From assembly GCA_033764615.1 (NCBI GenBank), contig JANRIU010000048.1:68058-132057 (forward strand): a stretch of 64,000 nucleotides of DNA, read 5' to 3'. Both the position numbers and the translations under genes were made by a program. Shown in pieces: positions 9,540 to 18,771 of this stretch; within the stretch, counting starts at the first letter, position 1; each line of letters starts with the position of its first letter. Source of the stretch: Gemmatimonadales bacterium (GTDB lineage Bacteria > Gemmatimonadota > Gemmatimonadetes > Gemmatimonadales > GWC2-71-9). The notes beneath the pieces are model-generated. The model searched no databases. It saw only the letters and a program-made list of their open reading frames with translations, and was not told where the DNA came from.

Positions 9540-9645
9540 GGCGTCCTCGGAGCGGAAGAGGTGGGGAGTGCGATGCTAACGCCGCCCGCGGTGGCACGGC
9601 AACGGCCGGCGGCCGACGCGCCCGGCCGGGCTGTACCTTCCCGCC

Positions 9646-10551
9646 ATGCCCGACATCCGCGTGCTGCTGCTGGCCCTGATCACGGGCCTCGCGGCGCTCT
9701 TCCTCTGGCGCTGGTGGGCCGCGGTCGACCGGCACGACGGCGCGCGCCTCCGGCCGGCGCCGCTGCACGTCGCCATCGGCTTCGTCGTCGCCTTCCTCGA
9801 CACGCTCGGCATCGGCTCGCTCGCCACGACGACGGCGGTGTTCCGGGCGCTCCGCGTGGTGCCCGACGAGCGCCTGCCCGCCACGATCATCGTCGGCCTG
9901 ACGCTCACCGTCGTCGCGCAGGCGCTCATCTTCATCGCGCGGATCGCGATCGACCCGGTGCTGCTCGCGCTGATGATCGCCATGGCGCTCGCGGGGGGCT
10001 GGGTCGGCGCGGGCATCGTGTCGCGCCTCCCGCGCCGGCCGATCCAGGCGGGGATGGGCGTCGGGCTGCTGCTCGCCGCGCTCTTCATGGCGGCCGCACA
10101 GCTGCAGCGCATGCCCGTCGGCGGCACGGCGCTCTCGCTCGCGGGCGCCCCGCTCTGGATCGCGCTCGGCGCGAACTTCGCCTTCGGCGCGCTCATCATG
10201 ATCGGCATCGGCAACTACGGGCCGACCTTCGTGCTGCTCAGCGCGCTCGGCATGGACCCGCGCGCGGCGTTCCCCATCATGATGGGCAGCGGCGCGATCG
10301 CGGCGCTGCTCGGCTGCCTCGCCTTCGTCCGCCGCCGCGCCCAGGTCGACCAGCCGGCGCTCGGCCTGGCACTCGGTGGCGTCCCCGGCGTGCTCGTGGC
10401 GGCGCTGCTCGTGACGGGACTGCCGATCGGGCTGCTGCGGTGGCTCGTGATCGGCGTCGTCACCTACTCCGCCCTCACCATGCTGCGCGCCGCCACGCAG
10501 GGCGCCGGCACCGCCGACAAGCCGGTCAGCGCCGCCCCGCCCCGCTCGTGA
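9646..10551 (+). CDS. TauE/SafE family anion exporter (sulfite exporter-like permease)
   Basis: 301 aa, about 8 TM segments, duplicated 4-TM architecture with G-rich helices. Confidence 0.75.
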   Translation: MPDIRVLLLALITGLAALFLWRWWAAVDRHDGARLRPAPLHVAIGFVVAFLDTLGIGSLATTTAVFRALRVVPDERLPATIIVGLTLTVVAQALIFIARIAIDPVLLALMIAMALAGGWVGAGIVSRLPRRPIQAGMGVGLLLAALFMAAAQLQRMPVGGTALSLAGAPLWIALGANFAFGALIMIGIGNYGPTFVLLSALGMDPRAAFPIMMGSGAIAALLGCLAFVRRRAQVDQPALGLALGGVPGVLVAALLVTGLPIGLLRWLVIGVVTYSALTMLRAATQGAGTADKPVSAAPPRS

Positions 10552-11590
10552 GGTAGACCGCGAACGTGCCGAGCCAGTGCCCGCCCTCGTAATGCTCGCC
10601 GGTCACCTGCGGCAGCGCCTCCGCCGCGTGCCGCGCCGCCGTGGCCCGGAGCGAGGCGATGCGCGCGTCGCCCGCCGGCAGGCCGCTCGCGATTCCCTCG
10701 AGCATCCAGGCCCGGCTGAGGTTCAGGCCATCGAGGTGCGCGAGCTTCGGGTCGCTCCGGTCGGTCACGATGCCGACGGGGAGCCAGCGCGTCGAGCCAT
10801 CGCGCGGGATGCCGGGCAGGAACGCCGCAAGCCAGCGCGCGTACGCCGCCGGCGGCAGCAGGCGGCGCATCAGGTCGGCCTCGCCGAGGCACGGCGAGAG
10901 GAAGTCCTCGCCACCCGGCTCGTACGCGAGCGGGCAGGCGCGGTCCCGCGCGTAGAAGGCCGTCGCCCTGGCGCGGATCAGCCGCTGCATCGCCGTGTCC
11001 CGCGCGGTCAGCGCCCAGTCCCACACGAGCCCCAGTCCGAACGCCGTCTGGCTGTGCTCGCCGATGCGGATCGGGTAGCGCAGGTTGGGCAGCCAGCGGG
11101 TGAGGCGCGTCACGGCCTCCGCCTCGAGGGGCGCGAGCGTCGCGGCCCAGCGCCGCGCCTCCGGATCGTCCCACTCGCGGAGCTCGCGGCCGAGCTGCAG
11201 GAGCCACGCGAGGCCGTACGGCCGCTCGAACGAGGCGCGGCCGGCCGTGCGCAGGTAGGCGACCTCGCCCGCGACGCGCGCCGGCGTGAAGCTCGTGTCC
11301 AGCGCCGCGCGGGCCTCGGCGGCGTACGGCGCGTCCGGGTGCAGCCGGGCGAGCCGAGCGAGCAGCCAGTGCCCGTGCACCGAGGAGTGCCAGTCGTAGC
11401 AGCCGTAGAAGCTCGGCGTCAGCTCGCGCGGGGGCCGCGCATCGGCGTCGCTCGCCAGCGTGTGCGAGAGCTTGTTCGGGTACTCCTGATGCACGCACGC
11501 GAGCGCGAGGCGCGCGAAGCGCCCGGCGCCGGAGTCGGCGGGGGTGGCGGCGAGAGCGGCGGCGACGGTGAGGTGCGTGAGGACGGGCAT
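10526..11590 (-). CDS. DUF2891 family protein
   Basis: CVHQEYPNK....FYGCYDWHSSVHGHW.L.RL...FERPYGLAWLL.L is characteristic of DUF2891. Start at MPVLTHL inside track ORF 10526..11881. Confidence 0.8.
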   Translation of the reverse strand: MPVLTHLTVAAALAATPADSGAGRFARLALACVHQEYPNKLSHTLASDADARPPRELTPSFYGCYDWHSSVHGHWLLARLARLHPDAPYAAEARAALDTSFTPARVAGEVAYLRTAGRASFERPYGLAWLLQLGRELREWDDPEARRWAATLAPLEAEAVTRLTRWLPNLRYPIRIGEHSQTAFGLGLVWDWALTARDTAMQRLIRARATAFYARDRACPLAYEPGGEDFLSPCLGEADLMRRLLPPAAYARWLAAFLPGIPRDGSTRWLPVGIVTDRSDPKLAHLDGLNLSRAWMLEGIASGLPAGDARIASLRATAARHAAEALPQVTGEHYEGGHWLGTFAVYLTSGAGRR

Positions 11591-12043
11591 CGGTGTGCTC
11601 GGGGGCGAAGGATCAGGGGGCCGCCGCGCTGAGCGCGGTGCGCGCTCGCGGCGCTGCCGTCCGCGGGAGTCAGCGGCGCTCGCGCTCCTCGGCGATGCGC
11701 TCGAAGTACACGGGCTCGCCTGCGCCGAGTCGCGGTCGAGGTCGACCCTCGAGCAGCGCTCGTCGTGGCTGGTGACGCCAACGGAGCCAGACGTCCCTGG
11801 CCTCCAGGCACGAGCAGGAACGACCACCCGGGCGGAGATCGACCGTCGCCGAGGTGGTGTGCCAATCGTCGGACGCCGCATTCCAGCGCATGATGTCCGC
11901 AGGCGTGGTGGAAGCTATCCGGGAGCACGGCCGCCTGCCCGGACGACGCCGTGGAGCGTCCCGCGTCAGACGGCGCCGCGCCCGCCGCGCTGCCTGCACC
12001 GCTCACCCTGTCGGGCGGCGCACCCGGGGCGTACCTTCCGAGG

Positions 12044-13492
12044 GTGAGCGAGCCGCTCGACCGCCTCCGAACTGCCCTCGCCGACCGATACGCCATCGAG
12101 CGGGAGCTCGGGGCCGGCGGCATGGCCACGGTCTATCTCGCCCGCGACCTCAAGCACGATCGCAACGTCGCCATCAAGGTGCTCCGCCCGGAGCTCGCGG
12201 CGACGCTCGGCCCGGACCGCTTCCCGCGCGAGATCCGCATCCTCGCGCGGCTGCAACATCCGCACATCCTCCCCCTGCTCGACTCGGGCGAGGCCGGCGG
12301 CTTCCTCTACTACACGATGCCGGTGGTGGACGGCGAGACGCTGCGCGAGCGCCTCGACCGGACGGGCGCACTCCCCATCCCCGAGGCGCTCCGCGTGATG
12401 CGCGAAGTCGCGGACGCCCTCGCCGCCGCGCACGCGGCGGGGATCCTGCACCGCGACATCAAGCCCGCCAACGTGATGCTCTCCGGACGCCACGCGCTCG
12501 TGATGGACTTCGGCGTGGCGAAGGCCGTGCACGACGCCGGCGGCGAACGCATGACCACCGTCGGCATGGCCGTGGGCACGCCGACGTACATGTCGCCCGA
12601 GCAGGCGACCGGCTCCCAGTCGATCGACGCCCGCTCCGACATCTACGCCCTCGGCATCCTCGCCTACGAGATGCTCACCGGCCATCCGCCCTTCGGCGGC
12701 AAGACGGCGCAGGCCACCCTCTCGGCCCACGTCCTGGAGCGGCCCCGTCCGGTCACCGAGGCCCGCGGCGCGGTGCCCACCGCGCTCGGCGACTTCGTGA
12801 TGAAGTGCCTCGAGAAGGCGCCGGCCGATCGCTGGCAGACCACCGACGAGCTCGTGCCGCTGCTCGAGGCGATGGCCACGCCGAGCGGCGGCGTCACGCC
12901 GACGACCACCCGTCCCGTGCGCACGGTCGCGCCCGCGGGGGCTGCCCCGGCGTCCGCCACCGCGGGGTCGCGGGCACGGGGCGCGCTGCTCGCCGCCGCC
13001 GCCGGCCTCACGCTGCTCGCCGCGGCTGCGGCCGCGTGGAAGGCGGGCGTGGGGCAGCGTGGCGGGAGCGGGAAGGTCACGCGCGTCGCGGTGATGCCGT
13101 TCCGCGACATCTCCGGCGCCGACGCCGTCTTCGCGGAGAGCATGCAGGATGCGCTGATCAACGGGATCGCGGGCCTGAACCTCGCTGGCGTCGTGCCGCG
13201 CTCGGAGATCGCGACCGGGGGGCAGAGCCGCCGCGTGCGCGACGTGGCGGCCGAGTTCGGCGTGGACGCGGTGATGGAGGGGACGCTGTTCCGCGCCGGC
13301 GACGTGATGCGCATCAACGTCCAGCTCGTGGAGCCGCAGTCCGTCCGGCACTACTGGACGGGCAGCTTCGAGATCGACGTGCGCAATGTCCTCGCGGCGC
13401 AGGATTCCGTGGTCCGCGTCATCAACCTGCAGCTCCGCGGCGTGCTCGATGGCAGCGCGCAGCGCGTGGCCGCGCTTCCGGGCTCGAAATGA
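12044..13492 (+). CDS. Ser/Thr protein kinase with TM segment and C-terminal TolB-N-like periplasmic domain
   Basis: YAIERELGAGGMATVYLARD..VAIKVL, HRDIKPANVML, DFGVAK, GTPTYMSPEQ. This is followed by a hydrophobic stretch (ALLAAAAGLTLLAAAAAAW) and VAVMPFRDISG...GVDAVMEGTLF. Start placed at GTG (VSEPLDRL); the track ORF begins at 11951. Confidence 0.85.
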   Translation: MSEPLDRLRTALADRYAIERELGAGGMATVYLARDLKHDRNVAIKVLRPELAATLGPDRFPREIRILARLQHPHILPLLDSGEAGGFLYYTMPVVDGETLRERLDRTGALPIPEALRVMREVADALAAAHAAGILHRDIKPANVMLSGRHALVMDFGVAKAVHDAGGERMTTVGMAVGTPTYMSPEQATGSQSIDARSDIYALGILAYEMLTGHPPFGGKTAQATLSAHVLERPRPVTEARGAVPTALGDFVMKCLEKAPADRWQTTDELVPLLEAMATPSGGVTPTTTRPVRTVAPAGAAPASATAGSRARGALLAAAAGLTLLAAAAAAWKAGVGQRGGSGKVTRVAVMPFRDISGADAVFAESMQDALINGIAGLNLAGVVPRSEIATGGQSRRVRDVAAEFGVDAVMEGTLFRAGDVMRINVQLVEPQSVRHYWTGSFEIDVRNVLAAQDSVVRVINLQLRGVLDGSAQRVAALPGSK

Positions 13493-15501
13493 TGCATCGG
13501 CGATTCGGCGTGATCGGCGTGGCGGGCCTCCTGCTCTGGTCGGCGCTCGGCTGCTCGCGGGAGGTGCCCGCGACGCCGGCGCCCGAGACGCTGCTGGAGG
13601 AGGACGCCTCCATCGGCGAGTTCGACGTGGCGCCGGACGGACGGCTCGCCCTGCCGATCACGGTCCGCGGGAAGTCGGCGATCTTCGTGGCGGACGCCGA
13701 CGGTCGCCGGTCCCGGCGCATCACCTTCGGCGTCTGGGATGCCTCACCGGCCTGGTCCCCGGACGGTCGCTGGATCGCCTTTCGGCGCGACATCGGTCAG
13801 CAGAACGACCTCATCATCGTGCCGGCCGACAGCGGCCCGGAGCGCGTCGCCGCCGCCACCACGGCGAACGAGTCGATCCGCGGATGGGTGGACGGCGGGA
13901 AGGCGCTGCTGTTCCTCCGTGCCGGCGATCACGGCCTCGAGCCGTGGACGTATCGCCTCGCCGATGGGGTGAGCGCGCGGCTGTTCGAGCGGGACGGCAT
14001 CCTGGACGCCTGCACGTCGCGGGTGGGGGAGTCGGTGGTGTACACGCGCACGGCCTCGGGCGGCTCGACCGTCTGGCGCTTCGTGCTCGCGACGCAGGAG
14101 CACCAGCAGCTCACCACCGAGGGATTCGAACGGGTCCGCCGCCACTGCGCGTCCCACGATGGCCGGTCGATCGTGTTCGAGTCCAGCCGCACGGGCACCG
14201 TCGACCTCTGGCGGCTCGAGATCGCCGATGGCACGAGGCGGCAGCTCACCACCGACGTGGCCGACGACACCTTCGGGCGCTTCTCCCCCGACGGCTCCGA
14301 AGTGGTGTTCCTGTCGAGCCGCGGCGGCCAGCAGGACCTATGGGTGGTCGCCGAGGGCGAGGCGGATGTCCGTCGCGTGACGGACGACGCGTTCGAGGAG
14401 TCTCGCGCGTCGTGGGCGGCGGATGGCCGGTCGCTGCTGGCGCAGGTGGCGCGCGGCCACCAGCACCTCTATCGCGTGCCGCTCGACGGCGCGGCGGCGA
14501 CGCCGCTGACCAGCGGTCCGTGGGACGTCGGCCGCTTCGACGTGATCGGGGGCGTGGTGATGCCGGTCGAGCTGTCCCGCGACCGCTCGCGACTGGCGTA
14601 CTCCGGCAGCCGGAACGGCGACCCGGACATCTGGATCGTGCCGACGACCGGAGGGAGCCCCTGGCTGGCCTCCGGCGCGCCCGGTCCCGACGTGGAGCCG
14701 GCATTGTCGCCCGACGGGAGCCACGTGGTGTTCACCTCGATGCGTTCGGGCAATCGCGACCTGTGGATCGCCCCCGCCGACGCCGGCAGCACCGAGCCGC
14801 CGCGGCAGCTCACCTCGTGGCCCGGCGATGACGGCTATCCGCGCTGGTCGCCCGACGGGCGCAGCATCGCCTTCCTGTCCAGCCGCGAGTCGGGCGGGCG
14901 CGACCTCTGGGTCGTGCCGGCGAGCGGCGGCAGCCCGAGGCGCCTCACCACGCTCGGCTCGCTGACCCCGCTCGGCATCCGTTGGCACCCGGACTCCCGC
15001 AGCATCGCCTTCTCGGCGCAGTCCGGCGCCGATGGCGGCGAGGTGGTCTTCTCCGTCCCGGCCGCGGGCGGCGCGCCGCGCGTGCTCGCGCCGCCGACCA
15101 GCCGCTTCGCGGACTGGTCCCCGGATGGACGTCGCTTCGGCAGCTACCTCTGCCGCGACGGATACTGCTCGTTGGAGATCCGCTCCGCCGACGGCGCGCT
15201 CCTGCATCGGCTCTCCACCGGGGCGGAGGTGTTCGAGGTCGGCCTGCGCTGGTCGCGTGACGGGAAGCAGGTGATGGTCTCCTCGCAGGACCTCGAGAGC
15301 CTCGCGGAGAACCGGGTGGACGTGCGCGCCGATACCGCCCGCGGACCCGGCCGCTTCCTCACCGGCGTGCCCGCGGGGATGCGCGTCCCCTCGGTACTGC
15401 CGCTGGGCTTCGGCCCGGGCGACAGCTCGGCGATCGTGCTGGCCGGACCCGGCGCGACCGCACTCCAGCGATTCCCGGCACCCCGTCGACCGCGGCCCTG
15501 A
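13489..15501 (+). CDS. TolB-like multi-repeat beta-propeller lipoprotein (WD40-like/PD40 repeats)
   Basis: MMHRRFGVIGVAGLLLWSALGC is a lipobox signal. Many PD40-type repeats follow (SPDGR.IAF.S.R.G..DLW..). The ATG overlaps the kinase TGA (ATGA). The first 545 codons of track ORF 11854..15501 are an out-of-frame shadow. Confidence 0.85.
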   Translation: MMHRRFGVIGVAGLLLWSALGCSREVPATPAPETLLEEDASIGEFDVAPDGRLALPITVRGKSAIFVADADGRRSRRITFGVWDASPAWSPDGRWIAFRRDIGQQNDLIIVPADSGPERVAAATTANESIRGWVDGGKALLFLRAGDHGLEPWTYRLADGVSARLFERDGILDACTSRVGESVVYTRTASGGSTVWRFVLATQEHQQLTTEGFERVRRHCASHDGRSIVFESSRTGTVDLWRLEIADGTRRQLTTDVADDTFGRFSPDGSEVVFLSSRGGQQDLWVVAEGEADVRRVTDDAFEESRASWAADGRSLLAQVARGHQHLYRVPLDGAAATPLTSGPWDVGRFDVIGGVVMPVELSRDRSRLAYSGSRNGDPDIWIVPTTGGSPWLASGAPGPDVEPALSPDGSHVVFTSMRSGNRDLWIAPADAGSTEPPRQLTSWPGDDGYPRWSPDGRSIAFLSSRESGGRDLWVVPASGGSPRRLTTLGSLTPLGIRWHPDSRSIAFSAQSGADGGEVVFSVPAAGGAPRVLAPPTSRFADWSPDGRRFGSYLCRDGYCSLEIRSADGALLHRLSTGAEVFEVGLRWSRDGKQVMVSSQDLESLAENRVDVRADTARGPGRFLTGVPAGMRVPSVLPLGFGPGDSSAIVLAGPGATALQRFPAPRRPRP

Positions 15502-15887
15502 GCGGTTCGCGGGAGCACGGGAGGGCGGATCGCTCGCGTCGAGCGCACGCTGTCCCGCGTCCGCTCGGCGGGTGCGCTGATCCTCGCCGAGCGTCCCGCA
15601 GGCCGGCTTCCTCGCAGCGCAAGACGCGTGACCGGACCGGCGCGGGAGCAGGGAGGGGCTTCGTCGCACAACGTCGATTGACGCCGATCAACAGACCGTC
15701 GCGGCCACGCCACAGGTCGTTGCGTTCACGTTACGGATATTGTGACGGGTGCGCCGGACTTCGTCGTCGCTGCCGAGGGAGATCGCGACCTGCACGCTTC
15801 TTGCATAACCGGCGTCTTGCCTGCCGGACTGCGCCGTTTCCCGCTTGCAGTCCTCCTTTTCCCTCTCTGCACCCCTGGAGCAAACGA

Positions 15888-16424
15888 ATGCCCTTCCTGT
15901 CCGCAAGGCTCCGCACGCTGGCTTCCGCGCTCGGCGCCGCCTCCCTGCTCCTCACGTCCGACGTCTCGGCGCAAACTCTGGCCCACTTCCAGCTGAGCTG
16001 CGTGAATTGCCGTACCGGCGGCACCTTCTCGCGGAGCTGGGTCACGCCGTTCGCGGCCACGAACGCTCCCGGGTTCGCCGAATCGGTACCGACGCTATTC
16101 TTCAGGATCGACGTGCCGGAGACCAACGGCATCTTCTTCGCGCATTCGGCGACGTATCCGGGCGGTTACAACTACTTCGATATCGGTGGGGCCGTCAACG
16201 CGGCCATGGCCGGTCCGGGCGCGAGTCTCATCTTCGATGGCCCGACCTCCGCGCCGGTCTGGAAGGTCGGCGTCTACCACGACGTGGCGAACTACTTCAT
16301 CGATGGCCTGGACGGCGGCGCGGTCACCCTTCGGATCACCGCCGTGCCGGAACCGGGCTCCCTAGCGCTGTCCACCGTCGGCCTCGTCGGTCTGGGGCTC
16401 GTCGGCCGGCGCCGGCGGGCCTGA
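15888..16424 (+). CDS. PEP-CTERM sorting-domain protein
   Basis: Signal peptide (MPFLSARLRTLASALGAASLLLTSDVSAQ). C-terminal VPEPGSLALSTVGLVGLGLVGRRRRA is a PEP motif, a TM helix and an Arg cluster. GGAG lies about 8 nt upstream of the ATG. Confidence 0.8.
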   Translation: MPFLSARLRTLASALGAASLLLTSDVSAQTLAHFQLSCVNCRTGGTFSRSWVTPFAATNAPGFAESVPTLFFRIDVPETNGIFFAHSATYPGGYNYFDIGGAVNAAMAGPGASLIFDGPTSAPVWKVGVYHDVANYFIDGLDGGAVTLRITAVPEPGSLALSTVGLVGLGLVGRRRRA

Positions 16425-16451
16425 GCAGCGGGACGGGCGCGCAACAGAGGC

Positions 16452-16475
16452 GGGGCCGGCGGCGATGCCGGCCCC
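16452..16475 (+). terminator. GC hairpin downstream of the PEP-CTERM gene
   Basis: GGGGCCGGC-ggcgat-GCCGGCCCC is a perfect 9-bp stem 28 nt after the stop. There is no T-tract. Confidence 0.35.
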
Positions 16476-16595
16476 GCGTCTGCGTATGCGCACCCCTGTC
16501 TCGGGCAGGGAATTCGAACAGGCGATCTCTCCCGTAAGCTTCCCCCTTCGTCAGGCACGCGATGATGGGCTGGGACGGCGCCACGAGGAGGAGTC

Positions 16596-16901
16596 ATGCG
16601 CCGCTCGACGTTCACGGAATCGCAGATCGTCGAGATCCTGAAGGCCGTGGAGGGGGGCCTGCCCGTCGCGGAAGTGATTCGCAAGCACGGGATCAGCCGG
16701 GCCACCTTCTTCACCTGGAAGCCGAAGTACGGCGGCGCGACGGTGGCCGAACTGAAGCGCCTGCGCGAGCTCGAGGCGGAGAACGCCAAGCTCAAGCGGA
16801 TGTACGCCGAGCTGGCGCTCGAGAACACCGCCATCAAGGACGTCCTGTCCCGCAAGCTGTGGGGTCGCCCGCGAGGCGGCAGGTCGCTGCGACCCTGGTG
16901 A
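16596..16901 (+). CDS. IS3-family transposase OrfA (HTH)
   Basis: MRRSTFTESQIVEILKAVEGGLPVAEVIRKHGISRATFFTWKPKYGG..ELKRLRELEAENAKLKRMYAELALEN is a canonical IS3/IS407-group OrfA with a leucine zipper. Confidence 0.9.
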   Translation: MRRSTFTESQIVEILKAVEGGLPVAEVIRKHGISRATFFTWKPKYGGATVAELKRLRELEAENAKLKRMYAELALENTAIKDVLSRKLWGRPRGGRSLRPW

Positions 16902-17716
16902 CGACGCATGGCCTGTCGGTCGTGCGCGCGTGCCGGGTCGCCGGCCTCTCGCGGGCGGCCTACGACACGCCGCTGCCCGATCGGACCGAGCAGGATGCGC
17001 CGGTGATCGCGGCCCTCACCGCCTTGGCGGCGGAGCGGCCGCGGTGGGGCTTCTGGAAGTGCTTCGACCGGCTGCGCCTCGACGGGCACCCGTGGAACTG
17101 GAAGCGCGTGCTGCGCGTCTATCGCGCCCTGCGCCTCCACTTGCCCCGGCGGACGAAGCGGCGGCTGCCCAAGCGGGTGCTGCAGCCGCTGGACGCCCCG
17201 GCGGCGCTCAACCGCACGTGGGCGCTCGACTTCATGCACGACATGCTGTACGACGGCCGACGCTTCCGGACGCTCAACGTGCTGGACGAGGGGAATCGGG
17301 AGGGGCTGGCCATCGAGGTGGGCACCTCGCTGCCGGGCCAGCGCGTGGTCGCCGTCCTCGACCAACTGCTGGCCATCCACGGGGCGCCGCGGGCGCTGCG
17401 CTGTGACAACGGGCCCGAGCTGCTCTCGCGCCCGCTCACGGAGTGGTGCGAGCGGCACGGCGTGCTGCTGCAGCACATCCAGCCGGGGAAGCCGAATCAG
17501 AACGCCTACATCGAGCGCTTCAACCGCACCTACCGCCGCGAAGTCCTCGATGCCTACGTCTTTGCCTCGCTCGCGCAGGTGCGCGCCGAGACCGAGACGT
17601 GGCTGACGACCTACAACACGGAGCGCCCCCACGACAGCCTCGGCGGGGTGCCTCCGCTCACCTTTCTGCCGAGGCCCACCCGACCGCCTGAGTCCAGCTA
17701 TCGACTGTCTGCTTGA
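16859..17716 (+). CDS. IS3-family transposase OrfB (DDE integrase core), expressed as an OrfAB fusion by -1 frameshift
   Basis: WALDFMHD, NVLDEGNRE, CDNGPE..., PGKPNQNAYIERFNRTYRREVLD, YNTERPHDSLGG. The frame is -1 relative to orfA. The upstream part of track ORF 16562..17716 is an open shadow frame. Confidence 0.85.
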   Translation: MGSPARRQVAATLVTTHGLSVVRACRVAGLSRAAYDTPLPDRTEQDAPVIAALTALAAERPRWGFWKCFDRLRLDGHPWNWKRVLRVYRALRLHLPRRTKRRLPKRVLQPLDAPAALNRTWALDFMHDMLYDGRRFRTLNVLDEGNREGLAIEVGTSLPGQRVVAVLDQLLAIHGAPRALRCDNGPELLSRPLTEWCERHGVLLQHIQPGKPNQNAYIERFNRTYRREVLDAYVFASLAQVRAETETWLTTYNTERPHDSLGGVPPLTFLPRPTRPPESSYRLSA

Positions 17717-17832
17717 CGGGGAAGCTTACGGCACCGCTTGACTCAAGTAAGTCGGGGTCGAGGTGCAGCACGAGGCCAGCTGAGATCTGCTTCGTGGTTA
17801 CAGCCATGCGGTTCTCCACACGAGGCGGTCTT

Positions 17833-18741
17833 TCACGGCATGAGGTCCGCTTGGCCGTCCTCTTGCTGGTGGACAACTGCCCGAACCTCGAGCAGGTGAT
17901 ACTTGGTTGCGACAAGGTGGCCTTCGAAGCCTCGATATGCCTCAGCGCGTACGAGAGCCCGTAGCGCGTCGCCTGGACGCAGCGCGATACCTCCTGACTG
18001 GAAGCGACGAAGCCATGCTTCGTCGAGTACCTTCGCCTCAATCGTGCGATCGTCGAGCCGGAACTCCCAGCGGGAGTTGCCGAGGTAGTCTGGCTTCTTG
18101 ACCAGAAGGAGCGCCTCAGTCTCGCTGACGATGACCTCCTGAGTGAGGAGCTCCTCGATTCGTTCATTGGAGAGCCCCCTTGGGGCGGAGATCAGTGTCG
18201 ACTCCTCGTCGGAGATGTATCGTGCAGAGTCTCCCGGCTGGAGCTCGACTAGCGCCTCTGACAGTGTGCGAATGTCACCGAGCAGAATCGCCGGTGGAAC
18301 GGGACTGGGGAGCAGTAGCTGGTTAGAGGGAAGTTGAGGGCGGTCGCTCATCAACTCCTGCTGGAGCTCGAGTACGTCGCCGCGAGATGATACTTCCGGG
18401 TGATCCTCCAGCCAGCGGAGCATCTTATGCTTCGCACGTACGAGATACTGACCTACCAAGGGCTTCCAGTCGAGAGTCTGAAGGGCGTCATCGTTGATCT
18501 CGCGGAGAAGGGTGATCAACCGCGCCCGGATCGAACCCGCCTCTACTCGTTCCAGCAGTAGGACCGGCTCAATCGATGCAGAGACCGAGGCGGCGAGGCT
18601 CTGATCGGTGCGCTGGAACGCATCGATGAGAAGAGCCATCGCGCGAAAGACCCGGGCCGGGTCAGTGCTCGCGGGCGGATAGTCGATCTGGATCGTAGAG
18701 ACGAGTTCGTCGCCGCGAAGTTGCGCTGTGTACGAAGTCAC
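17833..18741 (-). CDS. hypothetical protein, no recognisable family (putative integron cassette 2)
   Basis: 302-aa ORF in visibly lower-GC DNA. AGGAGG lies 9 nt upstream of a GTG start. It follows the GTTAGGC end of the attC-like site. Confidence 0.7.
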   Translation of the reverse strand: MTSYTAQLRGDELVSTIQIDYPPASTDPARVFRAMALLIDAFQRTDQSLAASVSASIEPVLLLERVEAGSIRARLITLLREINDDALQTLDWKPLVGQYLVRAKHKMLRWLEDHPEVSSRGDVLELQQELMSDRPQLPSNQLLLPSPVPPAILLGDIRTLSEALVELQPGDSARYISDEESTLISAPRGLSNERIEELLTQEVIVSETEALLLVKKPDYLGNSRWEFRLDDRTIEAKVLDEAWLRRFQSGGIALRPGDALRALVRAEAYRGFEGHLVATKYHLLEVRAVVHQQEDGQADLMP

Positions 18742-18771
18742 TCGTGCCGACCTCCTAAGCTAAGGGCATCC

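Larger units (their letters stand above)
16530..17733 (+). mobile_element. IS3-family insertion sequence (orfA/orfB, about 1.2 kb)
   Basis: Terminal inverted repeats: left T(C)CCGTAAGCTTCCCC.., right ..GGGGAAGCTTACGGCA (TG..CA-type ends, one mismatch at position 2). It encloses an HTH orfA and a DDE (rve) orfB in the -1 frame. Confidence 0.8.

Noticed and set aside
11854-13488. First 545 codons of the 1215-aa ORF 11854..15501
   Set aside because: This part is out of frame over the well-supported kinase gene and translates to Arg/Pro/Gly junk. The real gene starts at the lipoprotein signal MMHRRFG (13489).
16562-16858. N-terminal 99 codons of track ORF 16562..17716
   Set aside because: This is the open -1 frame overlapping orfA (Arg/Gly-rich). 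The real OrfB sequence begins near the frameshift window, so only about 16859 onward is annotated.
16292-17632. 446-aa minus-strand ORF across the IS element
   Set aside because: It is antisense to the clearly recognisable IS3 orfA/orfB and has no motifs.
17734-17832. Second attC site downstream of the 302-aa gene
   Set aside because: Only a weak CTGTAAC box and two 6-bp palindromes (CAGCTG, AGATCT) are present. There is no complementary arm on either side of the IS, so I do not call an attC here. It may have been deleted.
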